This document shows, piece by piece, positions 1-13,564 of a stretch of DNA of 64,000 nt (positions are counted from its first letter, which is position 1; the number at the start of each line of letters is the position of its first letter). The DNA comes from Eledone cirrhosa (lineage: Eukaryota). A model generated the notes under the pieces. That model was not told where the DNA came from, searched no databases, and saw only the letters and a list, made by a program, of their open reading frames with translations. Made by a program: the position numbers and the translations under genes. The stretch covers positions 77,438,001-77,502,000 of the forward strand of contig OZ024740.1 in assembly GCA_964016885.1 (NCBI GenBank), written 5' to 3'.

Positions 1-1128
1 CGAACAGCCCCCACAGTAGTTCAACGACAGGAAAAAGTTGGCGATGTCGTAGCCTCAGACAAAACTAAATCGAATAAGGGGCAATACAAAAAATAAATAT
101 TTTTGATCTCTGATGTAGACGTTTCTTTTGTATTCGAATTGAGGACGACTAGATATATTAACCGTTTCTTTCTATGCCATAACTGTCACACAGCTAAATT
201 CTATTTCCTATCATTGATGAAAATGAACATATGTTTGTGCTTCATGCAATCATATTGTTGTCATCTGTTTCTATTGTATCCTATGTTGAAACATAATATT
301 ATTGCGCTTCATTATGTTCTGTCTTTAATGTATATTGTTGTTTTAAGGGTAGTGGAGAGTAGGATAGGTAAAGCGGCTGGCAAAATGCATCGTAGTATAT
401 CATTACGTTGCGTTCAAATCTTCACTTTTCATCGTTTACTTTACTTTTCGTCCTTTCTGACTCAATGAATTAAGTACCAAGCATCTATTGGGGTTTTATC
501 TGATTGACGTTTCACACTCCTCCCAAAAGTTTGTGGAATTCTGCGTATGATAGAAATTATACTACCGTTGTTTATGTCGAATAGTTAGTATCATGTGAGG
601 GTCGGATCCGGCTACCAACGATGTCTCTCACGAATATCGCCCCGCTGACTTCCTTTAATAAAGAAGAGCTTGTAGCCTTCTTCTGCAAGGTAAAGGAATG
701 TGGATGGCTGATGTAACTGAAAGGTTTCATGTGACAGAAGTTTCCCTTTCAGGCAAGCCCTCATCGACATATTGAAGTACCACTTGGGGAGGATATGCGG
801 GTAGAGAAGGAGGAGCTTTTCTCTAGTAAAATTTATGAAAGGTGAGGGCAAGTAACAAAATTGGCATGGTGTATTCTAAATATGTGGCTACGGGTTGGCG
901 TCAAGTATTGGAAGAAGACACTTGTCTTTGGTATGTCAGGTTTATCCGGATTTGTGTGTGGGTTGCCCAGAATCTCCCTTTGTCGCCAACCTTAATTGCT
1001 GTTATTTTCTTATTCTTCATTATATATGTGTTAAAATACCGTAGCATTTACTGTTAAAACAGTCACACATTAGCTAATGGGTAGTGTGGAGATATTCATT
1101 TTCTAAGAATATATGTATGTATATATAC

Positions 1129-1179
<51 letters not shown>

Positions 1180-1185
1180 TGTGTG

Positions 1186-1235
<50 letters not shown>

Positions 1236-1246
1236 ATATGTATATA

Positions 1247-1308
<62 letters not shown>

Positions 1309-1309
1309 G

Positions 1310-1385
<76 letters not shown>

Positions 1386-1749
1386 AGATGCAAGCATGAT
1401 TGTGCGCTTAATGAATTCGCTTCGCAACCACGTGCTTTTGTGTAGTATTTTTCTTGTTTTTGTTTTCTTGTTTATTCCACCCCAGCTCTGACTGAGCAAT
1501 CCTGCTACCGGAGACATTCCAGCTGTTGTTATCCTGTCTTTTGCACAGATATAGTTCATTTAGTTTGCATTATCTAATGTGGTCTGCCTTTTTGTAAGGA
1601 AATAGGCGTAATTTAAGGGATATTTTGGCTGATATTTTCAGCAGATCAAGTAACCATGCAGACACTCCCTTTCGGCTTGAGCATTTTAAAGTTATTGACA
1701 TTTTTATATGTGGTGGCATCTTGCATCACACCCAAAGATCAACTATACT

Positions 1750-2490
1750 ATGAAAACAAAATACTTAAGATTGAAGACAAGCAGGGCCAGCAGAGAAAAT
1801 AATTCGTAGTTGAAACAGTTTAAGAACGGTAAAGACCTCATCATGACTTGTTAAATCATTTTCAAACATACAGTAGACTACTCAGGCGCTCCCGACTCAA
1901 TCGTCACTCCTATCATCCCCATCGTATGCCCAACCATCCATGCTTCACACTAACAACTATGCTCGGTCGTTACTCCCCAGAACGTCGGCTTTCTACAACT
2001 TCTTCCCTCCTCATGTCTTTAGACCTGTGATAATGTAAACAGGACATCAATGGTATCAATCTCTTTGAGGGGCTCTGAAAGTCATGGGCACTGCCCCTTC
2101 CTCCTGACCTACTAAGTAAATATCTTCCATTCTACCTAGATAAACACAAAAATGTGCATACACACAAATATAATGCCAACAACGTCGTTCTGATAATTAA
2201 AAAGGACAGCAACTGTTGTGTTTTGATCAAGTCTATTTTATCTGCTTCTGAGAGAGACATTATTCAAAACACAAAAGGACAGGCTAGACAGTATACGAAC
2301 ATTTAAAAGGCTGTAACAAAAACCCACATGCTTCTCTTCCATATATACCAGCGTGTCAGTGGTCACTCAACTACGTGAAGGCATGCGATATCTCGAGTGC
2401 TAGATGAACTGCTCCAGCATGTCAACTAAAGGCTACACAACAAGAACCGCTCCTTAAAACTCTAATATTACACCATCGCTTTAATTAATC
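1750..2490 (+). mobile_element. Highly decayed Penelope-like element fragment (GIY-YIG region)
   Basis: Frameshifted remnants resembling the GIY-YIG R...EH motif and a terminal P.LN. A degenerate HHR-like GAAACTGAGTA lies at about 2620. Confidence 0.3.
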
Positions 2491-3063
2491 AACAATATAC
2501 TCGGTGTTTAATGTGTTGGAGTTACGATCATAATGCTGTTGGTTCGATTTTTAGACCAGAGGACGTGCTGTGTTCTTGAACAAAAGACTTCAATTCCCGT
2601 TACTCCGCTACATCAGTTGAAACTGAGTACCAAGAGGTTAACCCAGAGATGGATTGTTGTCGTGTCCAGGAGAGAGGGTCTCTTGAACTCTCAGTCGCTT
2701 AACGCCGATGAAAAATGAATCTGGAGATAAGCACCGGCCTGAGGGCACGTGGTATTCTTTGAATTAACTTTTAAAACCTGTATTGATGTGATGTAAACAT
2801 CATTGTCATCGTGTAACTCAACCAAAGTCGATGTGACAGTGAGAAAAATATCTGAAATGCGTTGACACACTAGAGGCCCGCTACTATTGGTATATATACA
2901 CTGTCCAAACACACTTTGCACACATACTTTTTACATGATTATATGATCTACCATCTTTGACTAGTTTAATCTATATTATATACTTCTAGTATTTGGACAA
3001 ATTAGAAACGCTTAGTTCATCAATAGTTGACAGTTGTGTTGTTAAATTCCGTGTTTTTTGTTG

Positions 3064-3340
3064 TTGTTTTATTTTTGTGGGAGAGGGGGGTCGGCTATAT
3101 ATTAATATATTATATATTATATATTAATAAATGGTAATATGCGCTATTTTCTTGTTTTATTTTTGTGGGAGAGGGGGTGGGCTATATATTAATATATTAT
3201 ATATTATATATTAATAAATGGTAATATGCGCTATTTTCTTGTTTTATTTTTGTGGGAGAGGGGGTGGGCTATATATTAATATATTATATATTATATATTA
3301 ATAAATGGTAATATGCGCTATTTTCTTGTTTTATTTTTGT
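3064..3340. repeat. Tandem minisatellite, 87-88 bp unit, about 3.2 copies
   Basis: Unit ttgttttatttttgtgggagagggg...gcgctattttc starts at 3064, 3152, 3239 and 3326. Confidence 0.95.
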
Positions 3341-3959
3341 TTATATTCCTGAAACAATATAATTATTGCAACCAGTTCAATGAAACTGTATTTGACAATA
3401 CTCAACGGTACTTCATCTCTTCCTTTTGACTTCTGCTAAAGCACAGTTGCCTTACTATCATCATTCAACTGGGCAGACAGACGTTCTCAGGATTGCTATG
3501 TGGGTGGTATGCAACACATGTCGTAGATTTGCTCCTTGTCATTCTGTCTATTTAAAGCAATTACTTTCTTTTTCTTGAATTCCCTTCATTCTTCCAGTCA
3601 CATATCAATCGCAACTGCCGTCATGCTCATTCCTGGATATTTATGAACAGTGTTTCACTTAAATCAAGGACACCGAAAGAACTGATGTGCCATGGCTTTC
3701 AAAGAGTGAGCGCAAGATGATGGATATGAGTGACAATTTAGATATATATAGTAAGCTTCAAGTGAAAGTCATTACATCGCCGAATAGAATGCATTGCGGA
3801 ATTTGTCCAGGCTCTCATCACTCCACGTTCAAACTCCATCGAGATCAGATTTACATTTCATCGTTTCAATGTCCATAACACAAGCACCAGCCCATTACTG
3901 GTACACTCCTCCCCCTTACCCTCCTTTTTCCCCTCTCTCTCTTTCTCGTGTTCTCTTAC

Positions 3960-5009
3960 TGTAGCAGTATCGATCTTCTGCTGAGTCAAGGGTGGGAAGA
4001 TCAAGCGATGGGCACAGAAGTGCGAACCAACCTGAAGCTTCTGGTCCGGCTGGGGAAACCTCTGTCAGAATCCCTCACGAATTTTCGAGTAGCACAAGAT
4101 GTACATAGAGGAACGCGAGGAAGTGGAAGACGATCCCAAGAGTAGAAGGCCTTCAGCGAGCAGGACTTAGGTCAACTTTGAGCGCTTGAGGTAGGTAAGC
4201 ACTCATCGTAACCGAGTTGTGCATGAACCACGACAGCGTTTGAAAATTATCATCGAAGATTTGGGCAAGCGGAAGATCTACCCGAAGATGGTGCTGAACA
4301 ATGACGACAAGGAGCAGTGCATGCAGGTGTCTCAGGACATGTTTGAGCGTCTTGAAACCGAGCCAGACTTGCTGTGGAGGGTCTTGACCGGTGATGAGTC
4401 ATGGATGTTCGAGTACAACCCGGAGACAAAGCACCAGAACCTTCAGTGGATGAATCCAGAGTCCCCGAGGCCAAGGAAAGAAAGACAGTTGAAGTCTAAA
4501 GTCAAATTCATGTTGAACGCGTTATTTTATGTGAGGGGCATCGTCCGCATAGAGCTTTTGCCACAGGGTAAGAGGATCAACCCAGCATGTTACAAACACA
4601 GCCTGCGCAGTTTCCGTCGTTTAGTGCACGAGAAGAGGTGAAAGTTGTAGCAGGGCAACTCGTGTCTGCTTCACGACAACAACACCACGGTTTACAGCAC
4701 GCTGATCGTCCGACAGTTCCCGGTCGAAAAGAACATCGCCGACCTGGCTCCGTGTGATTTTCTTCCTTTCCCCTAGCCCAAGAGCGTCATGAACGGGATC
4801 CGTTTTCCAGTCGTGGAAGCCATCAAAAGGACCGTGACAACAGAGCTGCGGAGAAACCTGGAAGGATAATTCCAGAAGAGAATGAAGGTGTGGCGAACAA
4901 GCATGGAAAATGCGTTAGACTTAGGAGGATTATTTCAGAGGAATTGTAGTTTGGATGTGAAATAATCTTTCGCAACCCTAGTCCTGTTTGTTTTCTGAAA
5001 CACCTGCTA
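3960..5009 (+). mobile_element. Decayed Tc1/mariner (mariner-type) DNA transposon with transposase pseudogene
   Basis: N-terminus EVRTNLKLLVRLGK; catalytic-domain motifs TGDESWMFEYNPETK, LLHDN and DLAPCDF; mariner-like right TIR at about 4981-5009. Stops and frameshifts are present. Confidence 0.9.
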
Positions 5010-5018
5010 TAATTCATC

Positions 5019-5049
<31 letters not shown>

Positions 5050-5068
5050 ATAAATATATGTATATATA

Positions 5069-5155
<87 letters not shown>

Positions 5156-5164
5156 ATGTATGTA

Positions 5165-5320
5165 TCCCGCAGTAAGGTACTCAATACATAGTAAAGTATA
5201 AATGTTTAATATAGAAATGGCTTCCACAGGACTGTTTCCTTGGAAGGAAATCATCAGGAAAGCCCTTTCCTGGGTATTTCCTTCGAATGAAACACTTTTA
5301 GTCCTGTAGAAGCCATCCCC
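5165..5320. mobile_element. Short fold-back element with an inverted pair of degenerate HHRs (family F)
   Basis: Minus copy CTGATGA..GAAA CAG..CTG TG has a GUG triplet; plus copy core is mutated. The tail matches 60107-60145. Confidence 0.7.
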
Positions 5321-5344
5321 CTCACTCTCACTCTCTCTCTCTCT

Positions 5345-5405
<61 letters not shown>

Positions 5406-5619
5406 GAGAGAGAGAGAGAGAGAGGGAGAGAGGGAGAGAGAGAGGAAAGGAATTTCTATAATGCCTTCTACAGGACAAGAACTGTTTCATTCAAATCAAA
5501 TCATCTGGAATCGTTTGAATAAAACAGTTCTAGTTGTGTAAAAGCTATTTCTATATGAACGTATTAAATACATTTTTAATTGTGGACCCTTCCAGATTCC
5601 CATCGAGAATCCACCCGTA

Positions 5620-5739
<120 letters not shown>

Positions 5740-5867
5740 ATACATATACATACATATACATATATAGAATCTAGCATTCTGTAGCCGCTTTTCACTGTAT
5801 ATGAGGCACAAAATTTACCCATCTTATTACAGTTGAAAATTGCAAACTTGACTGTCACCACAGAATA

Positions 5868-5906
5868 TGACCCTGAAGATTGCGAAAGCATGAAAGTACT
5901 TGTTCA
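5868..5906 (+). ncRNA. Type I hammerhead ribozyme motif (family A)
   Basis: tgacc CTGAAGA t-tgc-gaaa-gca-t GAAA GTAC TT gttca. Palindromic stem III, CUU triplet, one stem I mismatch. Confidence 0.8.
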
Positions 5907-6018
5907 ATTAACACTTAACATTTAATATTCTACCATACTATTTCATTCTAATACCATTATAAATTTTAAAGGATTGTAAATAAAACGAGTAAATCAGACA
6001 AAGTTGGAATTCCTTTTA

Positions 6019-6107
<89 letters not shown>

Positions 6108-6111
<4 letters not shown>

Positions 6112-7270
6112 GTGGTTAGTTCACCATACCGAGAACAATTGTTTCACCTTAGCGGATCCTCAGCTCGTAATGGACATGGTTATACGGAACAGGAAGGACA
6201 ACCGTACGAACGCGCATGCGCAGAAAAGGTCACTTCACACAGGCAATACTAAATTGCGTGCGAGAGCTGTAAGGGAGATAACTGCGAAAGTCCGAAAGTT
6301 TCTAGTTGATAAGAAAATTAGGATGTTGTTGTAATTCAATCCGGAGCTTTGTAGTTATGTAAGAGGTGTTTCCAGACGTGTGGACAACGTGTGAAGAATT
6401 CATTTCTCGTGTTTAGGCAATCACTATTGCGTAATCTCTTTAGAATATTTATTCGTTTATCAATACATAGTCCACACGACGGATTGCCCCTTGCGTATGG
6501 CTTGGACTTAGTGATGGCTTTCCATTGAATGGAGTAGTCTATACTTGAGTCCTTGAGGGGCCATACGTGGCTCGCGAGTTTCGTGGATGAACGTCTGTCC
6601 GGGTACCTAAAGGTCGACTGGTGGTTCAGGAAGTGTTCCTTAAATCGGCCCTCCGCCATACCCACATAGGATTTGACCTCCTGTGGTTGATTTGGTCGGT
6701 TGGAAGTGACCACAGTTTCATAAACTACAGCGGGTGTGTTGCATTGCTGTTGAAGAGGACGAGCTTCGGGCTTACGGCAAGAGCACCCTTGTGAGGTGTT
6801 GCTCTTAGGGCTGTTGGTGATGTGGGCCCTCATGTCCTTAGCGCAGGAGTATCCTAGTTTTACTTTGTGTCGGTTAAAGATGGGGCGGTATTTATGACCT
6901 ATGGGAAAGTGTCTATTTAGGAGGGCTAGAAATGTTTGCCTACATTGATTTTAACGTTGAGTGAGAAGGGAGGAGAGAACCAGATAGTTTGTCTATTGTT
7001 ACGCTTTCTTTTCTTATAGCTGTTGTTGTTAGTGGGAGAGTAAGTGATAGGCTGCGAGAAGCCGCTGTTAGCTAACGCCGTGTTATAGTAGGGTGCCGCC
7101 CTGTCAGAGATAGCCTTATTAGAGGAGAGGTTTGAGATTCTAGTACTGATATTATTTACGAAGTTTCTAAAAACAGTGAGAGGGTGGCATGAGTCCTTGT
7201 GAGTTTTTCGTTTAGCTTATGGAAGGGTCTGTAGGTGTGTGTGCGAAGGTCTAAATTAATGTCTAAGAAA
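6108..7270 (-). mobile_element. 5'-truncated Penelope-like element (RT thumb + Cys linker + GIY-YIG + 3' pLTR)
   Basis: ORF 6336-6833 has CSC..PL...C, VVY, YVG...RF..H and C.LC...LN.R.E...C.H. Upstream frames give FLDINLDL and WFSPPFS. The element ends at a (TA)n tract. Confidence 0.9.
6124..6173 (-). ncRNA. Hammerhead ribozyme in PLE pLTR (family B)
   Basis: Reverse complement: cgag CTGAGGA t-cc-gctaa-gg-t GAAA CAATTG TT ctcg. Palindromic stem III, GUU triplet. Confidence 0.85.
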
Positions 7271-7276
7271 TCTACG

Positions 7277-7930
7277 CTGTACGGCTTAATTCGGGATGTT
7301 TGTTTACAAACACACCGAGCATTATAATAAATGTTCGGTGAATCCATACGTACATATATATATGTGTGCATATTTGTATATATATATATACATACTACTG
7401 TACGTCTGTATACATATATGTATGTACGTATACATACTTATATTTAAGTAACAGCCGTTATAAGAGTGAGAAATGAAATTTCGTTTCATTTTTTCCGTTT
7501 ATCGTTTTCGGTACCCCGGCCGATTAACTCACTCGATATGTAAATTAGGCTGCTCAGCCGTTAATTTACATCAGGAAAGTATATACTTTCAGACGTTCAA
7601 CCATCTGGCAGGGAGGTATACGTTGCTGACGATAGCTAATAAGCTTGAAACTAGTACAGCGTTCCTTTGTCAGTGTTGAACAAATGAGCAACGATGATTA
7701 CTAAACACTGTACGGCTTAATTCGGGATGTTTGTTTACAAACACACCGAGCATTGTAATAAATGTTCGGTGAATCCATACGTACATATATATATGTGTTC
7801 ATGTATGTATATATATATACATACTACTGTACGTCTGTATACATATATGTATGTACGTATACATACTTATATTTAAGTAACAGCCGTACTAAGAGTGAGA
7901 AATGAAATTTCGTTTCATTTTTTCCGTTTA
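7277..7930 (+). mobile_element. Partial tandem non-coding element, 431-nt period, with one HHR (retrozyme/pLTR-like)
   Basis: 7277-7501 is repeated at 7708-7930. Further partial copies occur at 14045-14280 (minus) and 20960-21200. Confidence 0.8.
7620..7662 (+). ncRNA. Type I hammerhead ribozyme (family C)
   Basis: acgttg CTGACGA t-agct-aata-agct-t GAAA CTAG TA cagcgt; GUA triplet. Confidence 0.9.
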
Positions 7931-7942
7931 TATATATATATA

Positions 7943-8029
<87 letters not shown>

Positions 8030-8123
8030 ATGTATACGTATATATATCTATATATGTGCGCGTGTGTGTGTATGCCCGTCGACATGTGCGAAGCCCCATA
8101 TAAACGTGTGCATATGTTTATAC

Positions 8124-8163
<40 letters not shown>

Positions 8164-8890
8164 ATGTACGTCTACATGTACGAAACCCCAAAGCAGAATG
8201 CAGGGGAAACAAGGTTGGTAGCAGGTAACCTGAGAAGTTTTGGAGAAAATTAAGAGGTACTTAGAATATGGACCAGAAGTCTAAGAAATAACAGGAAATT
8301 GCCATAACTTTACCTACGTCGAAATATGTGCTAAATAGTACGAACGATAGAACATTCTCCTAATGTCTTTAGTCTTTTACAGCTAGATTTTTCCCTGGTT
8401 GATTTTGTTTATTTTTTCGCTAACGTATTTTCCCCTTCTTCATTAAGCATCATATGCAATAACTGTTAACTCTATGCCCTTTGCTTATTTTCATTGTGTT
8501 CATTTATTTGACAACAGTACGTTGTACGTTGCATGTGTAAAGTTTGGAATAATTCTAAACTAATGCTGTTTCTCTCCATGTATGTATGTTTATTCGTATA
8601 GATGTATACATGTACTCACTCATATTTACATACAGATATATGTATATGTGTGTGTATACGTATCATACCTGTCACCTCTGCCAGTCCGACGGGGAGATCT
8701 CCCACCCATTTTGGGGTGTGTGAAAGATGTCTTCTCTTATGAAAATGGGTATAGCTTTCATTATGTAAAATCTCCCCATTTTGCCTCATTTCTCCTCGTT
8801 GTGGGGCATTTTTTTTTTCATGGTACTCTCCGTTTGGGTTTTTAGAGGTTATCTGGACTAACATACACATATATATTTTTTTTTTTTCTC

Positions 8891-8930
<40 letters not shown>

Positions 8931-9600
8931 ATGTGTGTGTGTGAGTATATGTATGTATATATGTTTATGAGTGCACTGGTATAACTGCTGGGCACAAGCT
9001 GATTTTGTCATTTTACATCGGCTGATGAGAGATATAACAGATCGTTAGTAATGGAAGACTTGTTGCGAGGTAAGATCACGGGAATTTACATTACATCGTA
9101 TATAAGAAATTAGCTCTTTCCGTCTAATCGTTTGCTCTATAAATGTATATAATTAGCCCTTCTCCCATACTTCATCCCCAAAATATAATATTATGGTTAT
9201 TTGTTGAACACTTTTGGTGAAATCTACTTCACGAAGTCTAATTATAGTGTGCCATGTTGGGTGCGTACGTGTCTTATTACGGTTTTTTTACAATTCTGGA
9301 AAGATAATTCAATGTTGAACACTTTGAAGTAGTTTTTACAAGAGAATTTGTATTCCTCTCATCTAATTCCTCACGCAACAAGGGATGGCTGGCGTTTCAC
9401 TGATTCTAGTAACCATTCCAATCATTTCAAGAGCTCCAAGCTGTTCCCTCTATTAGCTCTTTCAATCATAATCCGTAACTTTGATCAGCTATCAGTACTC
9501 GCTCTGTCCAAGCTGAAGCGTCGGGTATTTCTATTCTAATTCAAACGAGACGCGTATTAATTTAAAGAAGCATTATATAGCGTGAGATCACATATTTTAA

Positions 9601-9793
9601 TAATTGTTTCTACTATTGGCACAAGGCCAGCAATTATCCCAGTGCATTACTGCTACTTTATTTTATCGCTCTCGTAAGGATGAAAGGCAAAGTTAACTTC
9701 GGCGGGATTTGAACTCAGACCTTAAAGGCGAGTAACTCTATGCTGGAAAGCATGGCGTCCGACCCTCTGCCGATACTGCCAATCCACCGCCCT
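9601..9793 (-). mobile_element. tRNA-derived CORE-type SINE
   Basis: Reverse complement shows A box TGGCAGTATCGG, B box GAGTTCAAATCC and CORE-like gttaactttgcctttcatcc. Flanked by a ttttaataat duplication. Confidence 0.85.
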
Positions 9794-10358
9794 CACAAAT
9801 TTTAATAATATTATCTACACAACACATTCAATTGACTTGTACAATTCGGAACACATGTATAATATTTTCCTATAAACACATTTATATAAGGTAACATTTA
9901 TTTCGGATGTATAGCAAAACGTGTTAATAACCTAAAAGTGACCTACTGTCTAAATACAACTTCTATCTCGTAGTCTGCAATGCTGCTATTTTCAACTTTG
10001 TGAAAACATGCGCTGTTTAACTAATTTGAATTCTTCTGCAATTTGGACTAAAAATAGTATAGGTAAATATAGGTGAAAAATATAGGTTCACTAATATATA
10101 TAACTTTATTGCTGTTTTGTTTTTTTCAGCGCATCTTTTATTATTTACATACTCAACAGGTATTTTACAAATTTTTCATATAAGAACTGACAACAGGCCC
10201 TGATGTTATATTTAGAAACCAAATAATTATGATAAATTATTTCTGGCTTTGCTCTGAAATATTTTTGCTATAAAAGAGTACAAATCGTTGAATTAATGGA
10301 CACATATGTTCACACTAGGAACATGGTCCCAGTGTTGGTTTACTGGAAGACTTGAAAT

Positions 10359-10435
10359 TCTTCTTCTTCTTCTTCTTCTTCTTCTTCTTCTTCTTCTTCT
10401 TCTTCTTCTTCTTCTTCTTCTTCTTCTTCTTCTTC
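10359..10435. repeat. (CTT)n microsatellite
   Basis: Direct reading. Confidence 0.95.
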
Positions 10436-11106
10436 ACCAGCATTATTCCGTCTGCATTACCATTTAAGCCCCGTCAACTTATTATTTTCTCCCAACTAAC
10501 AATGAGAGTAAGTTAAACAATTTTCCACATTTTTTATTGTGTTTTGTTTCATATACACTCTAATACCTGCTCTATATTTCTCTGTCACTCACCTATTGAC
10601 TCGTGCAAGTTGTGAAATTGATCGGTCTTACACACGTGGTTGGTCGAAATATCCCGAATTCGAATTCTAACCAGCGCGCTAATTCTATATCGATGTCTAA
10701 ATGCCTGTTGGCATTTAATGCCCGGAAAGGTTTTAGGCACTGCCATTGATTACTATCGCACCATATACGCCATGGTTCTTGGAGACTAGAGCCGAATGCT
10801 ATCATTCTATTGTACAGCAATTCGAGACGGAATTTCTCTAATAACCGATTTTTTTCACTCACTTTTTAATTTGTGTTTGATTTGAGATATGATGGTGAGT
10901 CCTTATACAGGGGCGGAATGAATAGAATTTCGACCATCACGTAAATTTCTGAACCAGATGAACAAGCCAATCGGTTGACGGCATTTTGGTGACGCATAGG
11001 GATATCAGTTACCAATGTACTACTGTGTCGCCTGTCGCATTCACTGCCATAAGCGGCACGGATTGGAATCGCATACTGTCGATTGATTGATTATTGATTA
11101 GGCGAG

Positions 11107-11219
11107 ACTCGCTGATGAAGCCACATGCGCCGATTGTGCATTGTTGCATAATAAGTGCAGACAGTAGATGCTGTACGCTCTCTTCCTGCATTAAGTGTGG
11201 CCGAAACTCGAGTACGGGT
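11107..11219 (+). ncRNA. Hammerhead ribozyme with long stem II insertion (family D)
   Basis: actcg CTGATGA a-gccac-(about 70 nt)-gtggc-c GAAA CTCGAG TA cgggt. Confidence 0.8.
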
Positions 11220-11461
11220 ATAGATTTATGGTACCCATGTACGTGTGTTGTATTGAAGCAATTAACTTTGTGTCTCCTCTGGGATTCTTACATAGCCTTA
11301 CCTGTTGAGTACGCTGAGATGCAACCGGTACTAGCAGGGTAACTTATACTAGTCCCGTCAACTTATTATATATATATATACACACATATTTCGTTTACAT
11401 GTTTTTATTGAGTAACGTTTCACAGATGATTGGCTCATTTTATTAAGGCTAAATAGTGCGT

Positions 11462-11509
11462 CTTGATACTCTGGAGTTTCGCCTGTTTATCACAGGGTCA
11501 TCAGACAAG
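11462..11509 (-). ncRNA. Hammerhead ribozyme (family E)
   Basis: Reverse complement: cttgt CTGATGA c-cctgt-gataa-acagg-c GAAA ctc-ca-gag TA tcaag. Confidence 0.8.
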
Positions 11510-11724
11510 TACTAACGTTTCAGTAGCTGACAAAGTATAAAAAAAAGAAGACTTGATGTGTGGGGGTGATTTAATTGAGAAAGCGTAATTAAGATAGGGT
11601 GGACAGGGTGGTGGTAACAATGGGGGGGGGCGTAGTGACATCTCTTATCCAGACTTGAACACAGTAGATTTCTTCCAACGAAAAAGTGAGTGAGAGCAAG
11701 GAAGTGAGAAAAGGGATAGAGGAA

Positions 11725-11884
11725 GACTCTAGCCCAGTATTAGATTGATATTTTATTTATTGATCTTGAAATGATGAAAATCAAAGTTGACCTCGGTGGG
11801 ATTTGAACTCAGAACGCAGAGATCCGTGACGAATACTGCAAATTATTCTATCCGACGTTCTAACGGCTTTGCCAATTCGCCGCT
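11725..11884 (-). mobile_element. CORE-type SINE, diverged
   Basis: aaagttgacctcggtgggatttgaactcag is similar to the copy at 9601. Confidence 0.75.
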
Positions 11885-12439
11885 GTATATATATAAATAG
11901 AAAGGTAGAGCGTGTAAGAAGGATAATATTCCTACACCAAGTATTATATGAATGTTATCTATTCTGTACAAAATATTAATTTAGACACATTTTCAAGTTA
12001 TTTCTTTGATATTATGACCACAGTTGCATGTGTGAAACCAATAAAAGAATAAAAACTACTTGTGATAAGGTAGAAGGAAATGCGGTCAAATGATATGGCT
12101 CGATATTAATTCGGAGATATCGACCTTAGTTATATTGCTAAATCTATCCAAATTCTTTATAGTTTCTTCAGTAATATCTTCAGTAATATCATCAAATGGT
12201 GATGAAAGAGTTACAATATTTATATTTATCTCAAATCACACTATCGCAATACTAAATCCAAATTTCTAACTATTTTTCAAAGGTATTTAAATTTCATAGG
12301 CAGTATCTTTCTTTAGAAATGTGGTAATGAAAGAGTTAAAGTGTATATAACTAAACGATAATTACTACACAGTATATAATTAAATTATTTGAAGTTATAA
12401 TGATAATATGTTCAATGCCTGAAAAAACTGAATAGAGAG

Positions 12440-12570
12440 GAAGTAGACAAGCGAAACACAAAACTGGCTACGAAGCACTAGTCTGAAAGCCGAGATGAAA
12501 AGATTTCTAATTGCAGCACAAGACCAAAGCCTCTCCACGAGAACCCCCCAGAAGTACTCAATTATGTATC
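12440..12570 (+). mobile_element. R4/NeSL-like RLE LINE fragment
   Basis: Translates to WLRSTSLKAEMKRFLIAAQDQSLSTR. Confidence 0.6.
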
Positions 12571-13477
12571 CTAAATGTGTCAGGGCGCAAGATCTGGTGG
12601 TTAGCATACTGATGTCATGGTTTAAAGGCCGTGGGTTCCATACAACAAACGGTCGTCGCATTGCGTTCTGAGCAAGGCAATTTCTTCCACGTTGTTCCAT
12701 TCCACATGTCTGGTGATTTAACCTACGATGAACTAGCGTTCCTTGTGATGTGAGTAGTCTCTTAACACTACTTGAAACCGGGGTAAGTTCCGGCCAGGTA
12801 TGTTTCTAGGCTCAAATAAAAGATTAAATTAACTTAATCCTATGTATATTGATGTGGAATATACGATTATAACTGTCTCCAGAAAGACTGTATGTAATCA
12901 CTCAACGTTATTTTCTATAATTAGTAGTACAGTCACCCTCAAATCACTTCACAGCCTCTTAAAAATCAATAAATATTATAGCCCTAAAAGGATAAAAGAG
13001 TCAAGGATGCAATGCTTTTGAGCATAGATCTATTGATCTATTGTATAGATTAATTTCTTCGATCATCGATTACATAGATTGATTTTGAACTACACTCTAC
13101 AGAATATGAAATAGCGCTATAAGGTCTCTTTAATCATTCCATCTTGAGCACATATTCTTCTATGGAATATGTATTTAGTATATACACAACATACTGTGTT
13201 TCCTCTACGATATATGGTTCTTTTATATACATATATCTTATCCATTTAAATTATTACAGCTCTGGATATTGTCTATTGAGCCTGCTTATTGAGAAAATTC
13301 TAACATATTTGATGTTTTGATTCATTACATTTGTATATAACAGTTCCGAATCTCTTTCTTGTATTTCGTTTTTGTTGGCATTGCAAGAATATCTTGTGTT
13401 CATATCATGCGTTATACGCATTTTATACATTCCGTGATATAATTGTCCATTTCTAGGCTGGAATGTCTACACACACA

Positions 13478-13564
<87 letters not shown>

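Noticed and set aside
3064-3340. CRISPR-like periodicity
   Set aside because: Units are identical throughout with no unique spacers, and the context is eukaryotic.
9020-9060. CTGATGA core
   Set aside because: No downstream GAAA or compatible stems.
10130-10159. 30-nt micro-exon candidate
   Set aside because: Weak donor and no supporting evidence.
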